Assembly (NCBI GenBank): GCA_040954595.2
Contig: CM082577.2
Span: 18,078,303-18,142,302, forward strand
DNA from: Balanoglossus misakiensis
Lineage: Eukaryota; Animalia; Hemichordata
Length of the DNA stretch: 64,000 nucleotides
Reading direction: 5' to 3'
This document shows positions 13,301 through 24,837 of this stretch, one piece after another (within the stretch, counting starts at the first letter, position 1; the number at the start of each line of letters is the position of its first letter). A program made the position numbers and the translations under genes. The notes beneath the pieces are model-generated. The model saw only the letters and a list, made by a program, of their open reading frames with translations, did not search any database and had not been told where the DNA came from.

Positions 13301-16300
13301 GTGATACCAAAGGATTCAAATTATACATTGGTTGCTGTGTCGCTGGCAGCATTGTAAACATGCACTATTACAGGTGCAAAATCTTGACGTTCCATTGTTT
13401 CTATGGATTTTCAACAAAACAATTCAGCTTTTATTTTTCAAACAATACAGCCAATTTTGGTAGAATTATGATGCGCTATCTTTGGGGGAATATAGATGAG
13501 CATGCTTTTCTAAAAGAAAATTATCCACTGTTTGCCGTAAAACTCTTAAAAATAACAAGGTGGAAATTTGCCTTTACAAAAATCACTTATAATTAACAGA
13601 TAAGATAATCCATGATTAAGTGGCTATGAATATTTATCTAGTGTGATAAATTTCGGAAAATTTGGTGCAGATTCTTAGGATGCTATGTCTTAAATTACAG
13701 CTGTGAACATTTCCATATGTGTGACATCACTGACATATGGCATGTAAAACCCACATCTTTTGAAATTTTATGGGTCTGTATTCTTTTTTAGAAGGCAAAG
13801 AATATTGTGAAAGCTTTTATTTTAAAAATTCTTGGCAATTTGAATCCTTCAGTACACCCTTAATGCATTATTGTACTTGCATTACTGCAATAAACAATAT
13901 TGGACACAAAATATTTTCAATTACCAGGTCAAGGCATAATGTTTAGTCACTTCGAAGATTGGCAAGATGTGTATACAATGGGTGCACTGGCATTCCATAG
14001 TGTCGACTACCGGTTTGGAACTATACTTATTCTGACGGAGACATACCAAGCATCATTGTCACGTTGTGCCAAAGGACATATCTATATGTGTCCAGAGGAT
14101 GGCTCCGAGTGTTGGAAAATGGTAGAGAGTGGTCTGCCAGCAGCTACTAGCATCAAAGGGTACACATTAACAAATGATACTCTTTTGGTGATCACATATA
14201 GTGCACAATCTGAAGCTTGCAGGTAGGTTATTCCGCACGCAGTCTGTATTGTCAGGTTTACCTGTATCGTACGTGATGTTGATTTCTATTAAACTGAGTA
14301 CAAGTGTCTTGTGTTCAGACTACACACTACAAATTTCAAATAAATTGCAGTTTTCAAGTCTCTGCAGTAGATGCATGAATACGCACCACACATGTACATT
14401 AACATTTTCACAAGCTGCCAGTCTAGGCTCAAAATGAAGTACTTGTTTTGACTTATTTCTGGAAAATAATTGTCCACGTGGACTACTGCTCGGAATCCAA
14501 TAGATTCTAGTGAAAAATCCTTGTGTGTTACTCTTAACTAGTTCACATTTTTCATTGCAACAGTGAATCTCTCATGGTTATTTCATGCATGATCTCATTG
14601 CATCTTGTCAGAATGTCTAAAGCATGTATTCTACTTTTCAGTTATTCTGGAGCCGATGACCTCACAGAAATTAGGAACTTTGATTCGTCTCTTAGCCAGA
14701 ATGTGACTACCAACAAAGCACAAGACAGTGTTATGTTTACCATTGATAATGTTGTATATTTAGCTATTGCCAATGGCAATGAAGAAACAGGTGAGATAAA
14801 ATAATTAACTCTATATTTCTTGATGATTATCATATACCTGGATTCAGGTACTTGTGTAACTGGATATATGTATAGTCTTAACCTGGTTGCATAAGTTCTC
14901 ATCTGTACACATTTCTCTACTATGTTAATTCTTTTGCAATCAGTATATGATGAATTTATAAACATGTTTTCAACTCTGTTGTGTTCATTACATCAGCACA
15001 TGTGAGCTTATTTGTGATCTTAGGAATTTCATTGGCGTTAAATTAGCCTGTGAGATTTAGTGGATTCAAATTTCTGAAGAAATTACATCATTTTCCTTGA
15101 AAATTAGAAGTCCATGGCCACTTTCTGTCTTTAATTGGTGTTTTCTCATTTGTTTTGACACATTTTGAAAATGTTCAGTCAATTGGCATATGTGATCTTC
15201 TAAACTTTCTTAGTATTATGACAATTTAAGCAAACTAATGACAAATGAACTGTAAATTTAATAAGCAATTTCAAAAACTTGCCAATTTTGAAAGTTTTGC
15301 CGATAATATACCCTAATTCCATATCATTTTGTTAAAATGACCATCAGTAATATGATGTGCAAATCACACCAACCCTTTGACTTGCCACAAATTTTGTGAC
15401 TGGAATAAAATTCATTGAAAGCTTTCCATTTATAACCCATAATTTGTGATGAACAAAAACTCTTTTGCAGATGGTGCTAACATAGACTCCCAAGTATTTA
15501 GCTATAACGAGGTAACGGGCATGTTCACCCAGTATCAGGTGATCAACACCAAAGGAGCCACATCTGTCGCCTTTGTTGATGGCGCCACCAAATTCTTGGT
15601 GTTTGCAGAAAGCTATGACAGCGCTCAAAAAACAATTGAAGTGCCAATTACAGCATACCAGTGGGATGCAGGCACATCACAGGTAAAATTATTGAAGCAT
15701 ACTGCAAAACACCTTAGTTTAATTGGTGAGCAAATTTGAATTGCCAGGCATTTGAAGCAGATTCCTTGCATTTATAACATTTCATTTGTTTTCTTCAAGC
15801 TAAGGTCAACATAATTTCACAGCATATCTCTGCAGGTTGTTTACAATGTGGCCGAAAATGCAGTTATAAATATTGGTTCCCATCACTGACAAGTTCTAGG
15901 CAATGTTTTCGAATTTCTTTGGTGCTCCTAAACATGGCAGTGTGTGACATTTGTTGAAAATATCAAATGCTTTATATTAGTTGTGCAATTTATTATGCCA
16001 ACAATCTGCAATTGCATTTCTTGCTATGGGCTATGCACTGTAATTAGTAATCCAAAATGACAATTGCTGTAACAGATGTTTGATTTTATTAAATTCACAG
16101 TTCAGCACCGCAGGCAACATAATGGTGACCAAAGAGAAGACTTATGCAGCCAGTGATGTCATTAGTTTTTATATTAATGGTGTGACTCATGTGGCATTCT
16201 CCAGTCCAGAAATGGTAGCCAGTAAAGGTAGTGACATCAAAATTTACTCGTATGATGAATCTGGTAGTACTTGGCAACTTGTTCAAAGGATTATCCTACC

Positions 16301-18015
16301 TAATGTCATTGATCTTGAAGTCTTTGAAGCTGGTGGTAAGTTTTACTGTTTTTATCTCCCATAAAACGTAACTGCTTGCAATTACATGAATGTTGTAAGA
16401 AACCAAGAACTTGAAACAAATGTGAACCGCGCACATGAATATTGAATGCTCAGTTTTATCTTGATTGTTCCCATTTGGTATTTTTATACTATTGGGACCT
16501 TATGGGATCGGTCGTCCACATCAAAAACCTGAAAACCACTGCGCATATCACCTCAATATTTTGTGTGTAGATGCAGGCTGGGCTGTAGATGGGATTTTGT
16601 TCAAATGAAGTTGCAAATTAGCTGGAAAAATGTGAAACCTGGGCAAAGTGCTTTAAAAATTGGTAGACGTGTACCTATGTCAACCTTGTACAGTCCTGTA
16701 TGTTTTGAGCTAATATTGCCACTAATATTGCCAGTCTTTTCCCATATTGTATGAACAAGTAAAAAATCTATTGTGGAAGTGATTGGCTGGTTCCTTTAAA
16801 ATTTAGTAGTAAAGGTTCTTATTAGTGATCTATAGTTAGTTTTGTTGTAATTGTTGTAAATTTGCATGTTTGTAATTCTGGGGAAAGTTGCACTGTAACC
16901 GTGTTACTCCTAGTATATATTGCAAATTATAACTGTATAAACTACACATGTATTCCTAACCTTGTGACATTCTTAACATTTCAGGTACCTTATATCTATT
17001 GGCATCAGACAACAGTCACTATCTGCATGTCTACCAGTGGGCTATAGCCAGCAAGTTTCAATTCTACTTCAACATAAGAATCTCTGGACTCCAATCTGCA
17101 CACAGTTTCCAGCATGAAGATGATTTGTACATAGCTGCTGCAGCTCATGTTGATACATCAACTACATTGTCCAAGATAATCAAAGCTATTGTTAAGGGTA
17201 AGTATAATACTGAGATTTCATTGCACACATTTGCCATATTGGCAACGCAATCATCAGGATTTATGCCACAGATTAAAGCAATTTTCAAACATTGATATTG
17301 ATGAATTGTTATGACCACTATATGCCTAGCATAGGTTAATGAATAATCATCTGTACACACTTGGTGTAGTTGAACTCTCAAATCATTTATGGACAGAGCT
17401 GCCATTTTCTCGTGTCTCAACAAATAAAACTGCCTTCAGTCATAGTGGAAAGCTGTATGCACTCGGCAGAGGCTCTCATGTAATCGTGTTGTCCGAGACG
17501 AAATCCAATGTATTGTGGACATGTATGGAAACTTGTATACCATGGATTATTGGCTACCAGAAATTCAAAAGTACATTTGCCATAGGCAAACAGAGGTGCC
17601 ATATTTCACATATTTTTTCCACAGTAAAATACTTCGATTTACATTCCGTATCCTTTAAAATCCTCACCATTAAGCCATATTACTTGCATTTGCATCAGTT
17701 TGTCATCTCTTGGTGATGCATACCAAGATAGCTGCGTACTGTTTGTATGGAGACTGATTGAATCGGTGCGGCAACCATTAATATATAGCATGTTCAAATT
17801 GCAACATACAGCCGCAATCCGGCGTCGATCAGATGTTCATGTATACATATCAGTAAATAAAACCATGAAAATAATGCACAACGTGGCAGCTCTAGAGGCT
17901 TTATACTCATGAACAAAATGTGACAGTACATGTACTCGAATTCTATGGGGTAAACTAAAATTGTATTATAATTCTATCAACAGGTGACAGATCCCCGTTG
18001 GACTTCTTGGAATGA
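1166..18015 (+). CDS. 3' part (15 exons, ~910 aa) of a large repeat protein: beta-rich ~40-aa fibre-like repeats plus a C-terminal EAR/EPTP-like beta-propeller; 5' end lies upstream of the window
   Basis: Exons 1166-1313, 2979-3121, 4611-4780, 6232-6361, 7756-7916, 8028-8235, 8753-8983, 11562-11779, 12667-12856, 13928-14222, 14642-14790, 15471-15682, 16101-16335, 16985-17197, 17984-18015. All are AG/GT bounded and join in one open frame ending GDRSPLDFLE*. Repeat examples: IITGDKTF, QTLTGVKTF, QNITGNKTF, LVSGHKTF. EAR-like blades: FTQYQVINTKGATSV..FLVFA, YQW. Confidence 0.9.
1364..2347. mobile_element. non-autonomous TIR element with TTAA TSD (Kolobok-like)
   Basis: TTAA-GGTAGTTGGAAAGGCTA ... 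TAGCCTTTCCAACTACC-TTAA; perfect 17-bp TIR. Confidence 0.85.
2979..3121 (+). CDS. exon (SSIRITGNL...QTLTGVKTFTQSITL)
   Basis: cag acceptor (in-frame alternative start at 2985), gtaag donor, repeat motif. Confidence 0.85.
3165..3480 (+). mobile_element. Helentron/HINE-like interspersed repeat with (GGAT)n; related copies at ~16470-16760, ~7250-7360 and ~61240-61600
   Basis: T-run, GGTCCCAT..ATGGGACC inverted repeat and microsatellite; near-identical core (gggaccttatgggatcgg...cacatcaaaaac..gaaaacc..tgcaggctgggctgtagatggga) at 16493-16640. Confidence 0.6.
3745..4385. repeat. degenerate fold-back (palindromic MITE-like) element
   Basis: Arms such as gtacgagcatgaaatta/taattttcatactcgtac and tttttggcaccca..tgtttattcatgtc/gacatgaataaaca..tgggtgccaaaaa; outer ends uncertain. 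Confidence 0.55.
4611..4780 (+). CDS. exon (DNLVIDAG...INGIDIVQ)
   Basis: ttttctgtag acceptor, gtttgt donor, phase-compatible. Confidence 0.85.
4891..5500. mobile_element. fold-back MITE with ~220-bp TIRs and TTAA TSD (Kolobok-like)
   Basis: TTAA-AGGGGAAATCCGCTGTAGCTG ... CAGCTACAGCGGATTTCCCCT-TTAA; explains the mirrored ORFs 4887-5186(-) and 5286-5504(+). Confidence 0.9.
5717..5807. mobile_element. ~90-bp TTAA-flanked mini element (piggyBac-like CC...GG ends)
   Basis: TTAA-CCATTTCACCCCAT ... ATGGTGGAGGAAGGG-TTAA, imperfect TIR. Confidence 0.5.
6232..6361 (+). CDS. exon (LNTSILRL...QVVYGVKRF...LNIS)
   Basis: ttttgtag acceptor, gtaagt donor; bridges phase 0 to phase 1 as the neighbouring exons require; not in the ORF track. 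Confidence 0.85.
6425..6806 (+). mobile_element. Crypton-like non-autonomous element with terminal hairpin (6687-6799)
   Basis: Long imperfect stem aggacctgggatcatatttctcacac/gtgtgagaaatatgatcccaggtcct with CTCG..CTCG apex; internal CTGATTGG; left end uncertain. Confidence 0.5.
7756..7916 (+). CDS. exon (GELVTNT...VNGVDI...EPQ)
   Basis: tacag acceptor, gtatga donor. Confidence 0.85.
8028..8235 (+). CDS. exon (TISGVQIF...QIITGDITF...DVG)
   Basis: polypyrimidine tract plus cag acceptor, gtgagt donor. Confidence 0.88.
8753..8983 (+). CDS. exon (GTIDSCNI...QTITGLFTF...VT)
   Basis: gacag acceptor, gtaatt donor. Confidence 0.88.
10755..11266 (+). mobile_element. Crypton-like non-autonomous element (subterminal IR plus terminal ~140-bp hairpin)
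   Basis: tattatattatatc (10757) / ggtataatataata (11108) IR, CTGATTGG near the 5' end, hairpin agcaataaccc...gggttattgct 11121-11261. Confidence 0.6.
11562..11779 (+). CDS. exon (GSVDVYGTVND...QNITGNKTF...SGHK)
   Basis: ttttag acceptor, gtatgg donor. Confidence 0.88.
12667..12856 (+). CDS. exon (TFNGKV...helical linker...STP)
   Basis: ctgcag acceptor, gtaagt donor; completes an SGHK|TF motif across the intron. Confidence 0.88.
13928..14222 (+). CDS. exon, start of EAR/EPTP-like propeller (FEDWQDVYTMGA...)
   Basis: ccag acceptor, gtaggt donor. Confidence 0.88.
14642..14790 (+). CDS. exon (…QNVTTNKAQDSVMFTIDNVVYLAIAN…)
   Basis: ttttcag acceptor, gtgag donor, EAR-like blade. Confidence 0.88.
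15471..15682 (+). CDS. exon (…FTQYQVINTKGATSVAF…YQW…)
   Basis: ttttgcag acceptor, gtaaaa donor, clearest EAR-like blade. Confidence 0.9.
16101..16335 (+). CDS. exon (FSTAGN…WQLVQRII…FEAG)
   Basis: cacag acceptor, gtaagt donor. Confidence 0.88.
16985..17197 (+). CDS. exon (GTLYLLAS…VYQW…KAIVK)
   Basis: tttcag acceptor, gtaagt donor. Confidence 0.88.
17592..17900. mobile_element. ~300-bp MITE, same family as 35160-35461 and 53148-54119
   Basis: Shared termini (ggcagctctagaggct) and internal sequence (aatcctcaccattaagccata, gatgttcatgtatacatatcagtaa). Confidence 0.75.
17984..18015 (+). CDS. terminal coding exon (GDRSPLDFLE*)
   Basis: caacag acceptor in matching phase, TGA at 18013-18015, AT-rich 3'UTR with ATTAAA near 18114. 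Confidence 0.7.
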
Positions 18016-19049
18016 ATATTCCTCGGATACCTGCAAGGAGAATCAATTTTCATTTTATTTCTATTTAAATTTTTTAAATATTTTATTGTATTGTAATTTG
18101 TTTGTTTTGAAAAATTAAAATATACTTTGAGTGAACAACAAACCAGTGTATATGTTGAATTTCACTACATGAGAGGGGTCAGTGTGTGAACAGAGGAAAT
18201 AGAAGCCTTTTGCAGTGAAACCTTGTTTTGACATGTCTTTTTACACACACAGAGACCTGGTGTGAATTTCTTAACTTAGTTTGGCTGGGTGCTGGGAAAA
18301 GGGACACTGATATGTTCTGCTAATATCTAAAACTGGACATAGTGTTCTGAAAGGAGTATATAAAAAGATTATGGGACACGTGTAGCTAATTTAGGCATTT
18401 CTTAATCTTTTAGTAAACATGGAAGAAATTTTCCGGGGGCTGATGTAATAATTGAACAGTCCCTACCTTTCTCCAATGTGCTTGGAACATTCATCGTCAA
18501 GATTGGGAACGATTTCATTCTGACTTGGTACAAAGAAGTGCAGTGTAATTTTCCTAATTACAAAGTTCATTAAATAAGCAGCTTGGCCAGGAGTCTACAC
18601 GACATGCGCAGCAGTGCCATCATAACCATGTGAAATTGATCCAGAGAAGGTTACTTCAAATTCCGAGCAGTAATGCTGTCAATTCCATCCATAGACATTT
18701 GTAAGGAGAAATCCATTCTTTTTATTGTGAAAAATTACCTTCATACCAAATTTAATCTGAATTCGTTAGCCCTCAGCTATTCTGTAGGTTGTGGTAACGG
18801 AGACACAGATATGGACAGACAGACATCAGTATGACATTGAATTACAAAAAATGGGCTTGGACGGATATTTAGTGGAAGACCGTTGCAGACAGAGTACATA
18901 AGCTGCCGTACACTAGTCTCTATCGTGACCTCAAATTGACTCGGAACATTAAGACAAGTTGGTTCTAATCAATCAGTGGAAACTAATTCATCGTGCAACA
19001 GATAATTAGTGCCATTGTTATAGGACTTGGGTGACTTCAGAACGAGACT

Positions 19050-19700
19050 TCGTTCTTTTTTTATTTGTTTTATTACGCCTACATAGACAAACGAACATGC
19101 AAACTGCGTAAACAAAAGACAAGCATACACGGTAAACATATAGTAAGTGAAAAATACAGAAATATGCAAAGTACAAGAAGTCAAAAGGAACAAAAAAACC
19201 CACAGAATACTAAAAATTGGCACTAACGAGAAATATCGAATACATCGAGTCCAATTCTTGTTGAAACGCATTATTTCCTTTTCTTACTAAGTTTTTTTGT
19301 TCTTTTTCAAATAAGTCCTTCAAATCATTAAGAAAAACTGAGATTCAAGGTTTTATTTTCTGGTCTACATTTGCGAAAGGGATACTTTCCGTAAAATAAA
19401 AAGAGGTTCAGCAAAATAATTACATTTGATTTGAGCTGTCGGTTGTTATCCCAAAAAGTACATCTTTCAGATCAAGATTAATTTCTTCACCTGCAATGGT
19501 GCACCACCAATCAATCAAATCATTCAAAAATTGTGATACAAATCACAAGTGAAGAGAAGGTGATCAGTTTTTACAATATGCATAATATAAAGTGTGGAGT
19601 ACAAATCAAATTGTAATCGATTAATCGATTATTCAGTTTTCCACTCCAGTATTCGGACATTTTATATCTTGCAAGAGGACGATCGAAGATTGAGACTACG
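19050..19700 (-). mobile_element. decayed 3' end of an L1/Tx1-like LINE
   Basis: Minus strand shows DHLLFTC..NDLIDWW remnants near 19500-19565 and AATAAA/A-rich end near 19060; many stops. Confidence 0.4.
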
Positions 19701-20599
19701 ATTTTAAACCAGAGGCTCAGCAGAATCAATAATTGTCTTACCGCCAAAAGTCGATTTTTTCACTCATGCTGATTTTATGAATGTTTGAAAACACGTCTTT
19801 TCCCCTGTCTGATGGCCACAGTTCAACGGTAAATTACTTAAAACGTGCTTCTGATTTTTGCCTTTACCAAACATTTCATCCGAACGGTAACATCTAACCC
19901 AACCGGTCAGACGATTTCATGAATAAAGCTTTTTCGAAACCTAGAACTTGCCATTATCACCGGACTTGGCTTTTATGGTCTTTGTATAATTCAAGCCATA
20001 GAACTTTAAGTACGTGCCTGCCCCGGGAACAGATTTTCGGAAAAATTACAGTCTTTCGTTTTATTTGCTATATTGAAGTACGTGAGGAGTCTTTTTCATC
20101 GTCATAGTTTTTGCTTTAAATTTTCCCCATATTATAGTTAACGCAGAGATCAATCTGTATTATGGCAGCCATTTAATTCCAAATTTTAGACAATATCCCT
20201 TACTCATTCATTTTTTACAGTAACGCCGATTTTTTGTTCTCAATTTTAGGAGGGAATAATTTAAAGTTGCTTGAGTAAAATTTGAGATAAAGTTTTACTT
20301 CAATTTTCGAGATCTGCACATGAAGGGGTGGTGTCCAGAAGCTTTTACATTTTCAGCATTGCAAAAAGGTTGGATGTGGGTTTGAGTTAAGGTCTGATTT
20401 GTAGGGCTACGTAATCGTGCTAAAAGGTAGCGCCGAAAGACATGGAAACTGAGCTTGTATGGATAATATTTCCCAAAGTTTCCTATTCAGTTGTGAATCA
20501 CTGTACCTCGTTCACTTCTTCTGGAGAAAGAGCTTTATGCAGCGCCGCCAATGTCTTGTTTGTCATTTTTGTCCATCGTACGGGCTGGAAAATATCATA

Positions 20600-22000
20600 T
20601 TATCTTTTTTTATTGACGTTAGCTTCTAAGCGAAATTAGGTCATTTCGCTTGTAGTGAAACTGCCATGCCATGTTTTTATTGACTCTAATGCTTCGTACG
20701 GACCAACATTCTCATGTCGACAGATTTGATGGAAAGCGCATCCAATCAGTGTGGCATTATTTCCAAACCAACTTTCCCACCATATTTCTTTACTTTTGAT
20801 ATTCATACACTTTGTCTTCTTTACGTTGTAAACTACTAGTATATCATGGTCAAGGGCATATAGGCTAGTTCACAGATCTGTAAACGTTTTGTCGGACCTT
20901 TGACCTGTCACAAAAGCATATAGACTGTTAGAATCTTGAATGACGGAATGGATTTCCCCTAAGTAATGCGTAAATTCTTCGAAGTGTTTCTTACAATCAG
21001 TTCGCAATTTCCAAGTTTTGTCGAGAGATGTACTCCATCAGTCGTCATACGGTTTAGGTGACACAGAGTTTCTCAGTGATTTTTCTTCATAACCGCCGTA
21101 AGTACAGCCGGTTAGCAGCTCTTTCTTACAGACAATCGCACAAACCCCATATGACAATATAGCATAGGCAGCATCTTTAAACAATGTCAGATTTTCACAC
21201 AACATCTGTACAACAGGGATAGATGATTTGATAGACCGACAATTATTGGCGGTTTGTGGTCCATTACAGTTTCACGAGACGTGATGAGCCAATAACAGGG
21301 TTGCTTATCTGTCATTTCTTGACGCGTTATTTGAATAGTCCTTTCTGGATAGTTGCAATTTACTTTGTTCTAGCAGCGCAACATTCTGACTCAGGATTTA
21401 CCCGTTCTTATTATTTTTGGAAAGGTGGCTTTAGACTGCCGACAATTTGAGTAAGATTTCACTTATAGGAACTTCTTATCACTGATGGAATCTACTACAC
21501 GCATTACTTTGGTGTTTTCTTCACCAGATTTTGATCGAGACGAGCGAGATGTACTCTCCAGCTTGCCCTTCGTATACCCCACAACATCTGAGACCTGAAG
21601 AGAGACGAAAGTGTTGCTTTTATACTGACATTTAATCACATTTTCAAGTTTGTTTTCGCGCCACACTTTCGACGAACAAATGACGAGACCTTTGTACCTT
21701 ATTCTGACAAGTTCGCCATACTAAACCTCCTAATAACTCGCATCGTTACATGTTTACCTGGGTTGCCTCTCTTAAAGTGGTAATTTCCTTGTGGGAACAT
21801 TTGAATGCTTGTACTTTCCCTTGAATAATTTGGTGAAACGGAAATTGAAATTCTAGTCGCGCAGCAGTCACTTGTACCATTAATCCCTTCGAATTCATGA
21901 GACCGACCAAATTTATCTTCCTTGATAAACGATGAAAAGAGGCGCAGTTATTCAGGGGTACTTTCGTTTCGATTCTTATTACAATAGCAAATTCGTTAGG
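20600..22000 (-). pseudogene. candidate spliced gene or pseudogene remnant of unknown family
   Basis: Open 243-nt AG/GT-bounded exon 21758-22000 (81 codons) splices in phase 0 to an exon starting at 21594; protein-like frames with scattered stops continue to ~20600. Confidence 0.35.
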
Positions 22001-22744
22001 CTGATATACATATTAGTCATACACCTGCACCATTTATACTTGTAAAATTTTCGGTAAGTCAAAGATGTTTTAGAATAGTAAATTGTTCAAGGACCGCTCT
22101 GCATCATGCAAAACAACAAAACGTTTGAAAATTGAACTTGAATCGAACACATTTTTTGGGGATGTGCGACAACAACGAATAAGTGAACGTCATGAACATC
22201 GCGATGAGATTCAAAATCGGTATGAAATTAGTTTAATTGCAAATCTGACACATACTTGAACTGATCGAACTAGATTTCACACGTGAAATTGCCCCATTTT
22301 CGACGTGTTTGGGTGAAGATGGAGCGAGGATGTTTGACATCTCTTCCTGCTGTCTGAGCCAGGCGGTATTTTTTTACAGGTGTAACTAACAATCGTGTTT
22401 TTTTCTAAATCAATCACACAAGATAAATCTTTTATTTATAACACATGTCCGTGGCGATCAGAACCCCATGACTTTCGATGTTGACTACCGGCACACCGGT
22501 ATATCAGATCTCATGAAACCGGGCCCTGTATCGAGTTATGTTTGTTTACATTAAAGGTCGCCATTTTCATGAACATAGTTCCGGGTATCAGCGCAAGAAA
22601 TGATGACGTTTAGTGTGAAATATCACCGGTGACATTTCACACTAAACGTGGTGATATTCACGTTAAACGTCACCAGGAGGAGGTGATATCAGCATGAGCA
22701 TATGATAAACTCAGAAATCAGTTGATGAGTCGGTTGAATCCCAG

Positions 22745-23311
22745 ATGAAAAGTTTAAAGGAAGAGTTTGTGTTGGAAATCGGCAGAATAGATGCTAAAAT
22801 ATCTGTATTGGAGACCGCTGTTAGAAACCGTGAAGACGGAATATCTGCCATTGACGCCAACCCTCTGAGCAATGATGACGTGTGTTTAATAGAGATTAAC
22901 GTCCCTGAAGCGGACAACGAGGATTTACAGGCTAAAGTAAATGACATCGTCAGTAAGTTTGGGGAACCAGCAAAACATGCACATGTTGTGAAAGCGAAAC
23001 GTCTTCAGTCACGGCGACAAGGATCTCCTGGTCTGGTAAAATTTGCGATGGAGAACGTGGAACAGAAGATACAGGTTCTAAGATGCAAAAAGGAACTGAA
23101 AAACTCAGATTCCTACAGAAGAGTATTCTTGCGATCTAGTAAATCTCATGCAGAACGCATGTTGGAATTGAATACGCGTACTTTATTGAATGAACTACCG
23201 AATGGTGCTGAATTTCGTATAACTGGCAGTGGACGCATCGTAAGAAAAAATACCATCATGGAACCCTCACGTCAACGTCACACTATGGAACCAAACGACG
23301 CGCGCGAATAG
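22745..23311 (+). CDS. LINE ORF1-like nucleic-acid-binding protein fragment
   Basis: Heptad N-terminus followed by INVPE...RL..PGLVKF...K..VL..KKEL...VFLR, directly upstream of an APE ORF2. Confidence 0.65.
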   Translation: MKSLKEEFVLEIGRIDAKISVLETAVRNREDGISAIDANPLSNDDVCLIEINVPEADNEDLQAKVNDIVSKFGEPAKHAHVVKAKRLQSRRQGSPGLVKFAMENVEQKIQVLRCKKELKNSDSYRRVFLRSSKSHAERMLELNTRTLLNELPNGAEFRITGSGRIVRKNTIMEPSRQRHTMEPNDARE

Positions 23312-24669
23312 GATTTACTCCAAGCCCAATGGAACTTTAACTCGTCTTTGAAGATAGCCCATTTGAATGTAAGTGGTTGGACTGATGCGAACGCTGGCCT
23401 CAGATCTGCAATTGTTCACGCTCACGAACCCGATATTTTAAGTGTAAATGAGACACACTTAACAAGTAATGCTACCATACAAGTTGACGGATATCACTGG
23501 TTTGGAAAAAATAGACAACAAACTCATGTAAGGTCCACCAGATCATTTGGGGGTGTGAGTTTTTCATTTCTGTTGCTAGCTCCGGTTATGAGGGGATTCT
23601 TGGTTTGAAATTCGTTCACAAAGTAACCGATTTTACTTTTGTAATTTTCACATGTTATTTACCACCGGAAAACTCCCCTTGGGGTAGAGATGCTACGTCT
23701 TTTTTTGGGTTATCTTTTGAATGAACTGTATTTATTAGATGACGTTGACAGCGTTATAATTTGCGGTGACCTCAATGCTCGAATCGGTGCATTGCATGGC
23801 TCAATAATGGGTGTTATGATAATATTCCAATAGGGCAGGTTATTGATACGTATGTAAATCAGCACGGTCACTCTTTCATAGAATTTCTGAACGACGCAAG
23901 AATGCATGTATTGAACGGTCGATATTCAAATGAGTGTAATGACTTCACATCTGTTTAAACTCGTGGCAAGGCAGTCGTGGATTTTATCGCTGTTCCTCAT
24001 GACTCTGCTGCACTCTGTACAGATTTTGAAGTCCAGAAAATGTCCGACTTTGTGGAAAACCATGGTTTATTTCACTTTCTTAATGAGCGCAGTAAAATTC
24101 CTGACCACTCCATTCTCAGCTTTAGGTTCTTGGTTAGACCTGGTACTAATGATTGTACACCTGGGCTACCAAATCGTATCAATGGTGAACAAACCTGTAG
24201 GAAATATCAGTTAGATTCTATGCCAGTTGATTTTATGCAATCAGTGACTACTAAAATGCCCTTTTGCTTATGATTGACCGGATAGAAAGTGTTGCTGAAA
24301 ATCAAACCAACATCGATGCCATTTATACAGATCTCTGTGATTGCATAATGAAGAGTTGAAGACACTGTTGCAGAATATGAGACTAAAACTGCTCCTCAAT
24401 GAAATGAGTCGAAGCACATCAAAATTTATTGCTAAAGCTTATTGGAAACGGCAGTCTATACTCTACGAAGTACGCTGACTACCTATATTTTTTTTCTCCG
24501 CAATTTTTGTGCGAGATTCGATATTTTCAGATACCTGTGTAGTTTTTACTTCATTTTTGTGTGTGTATCATGAACAGCAACTCAGATGAAAATGTATTTC
24601 TTTTTATTTAAAAGTGACTAATCAGCCCGTTGTGGCTTGGTGTAAAAAAACACTAGTCACTATAATAAA

Positions 24670-24837
<168 letters not shown>

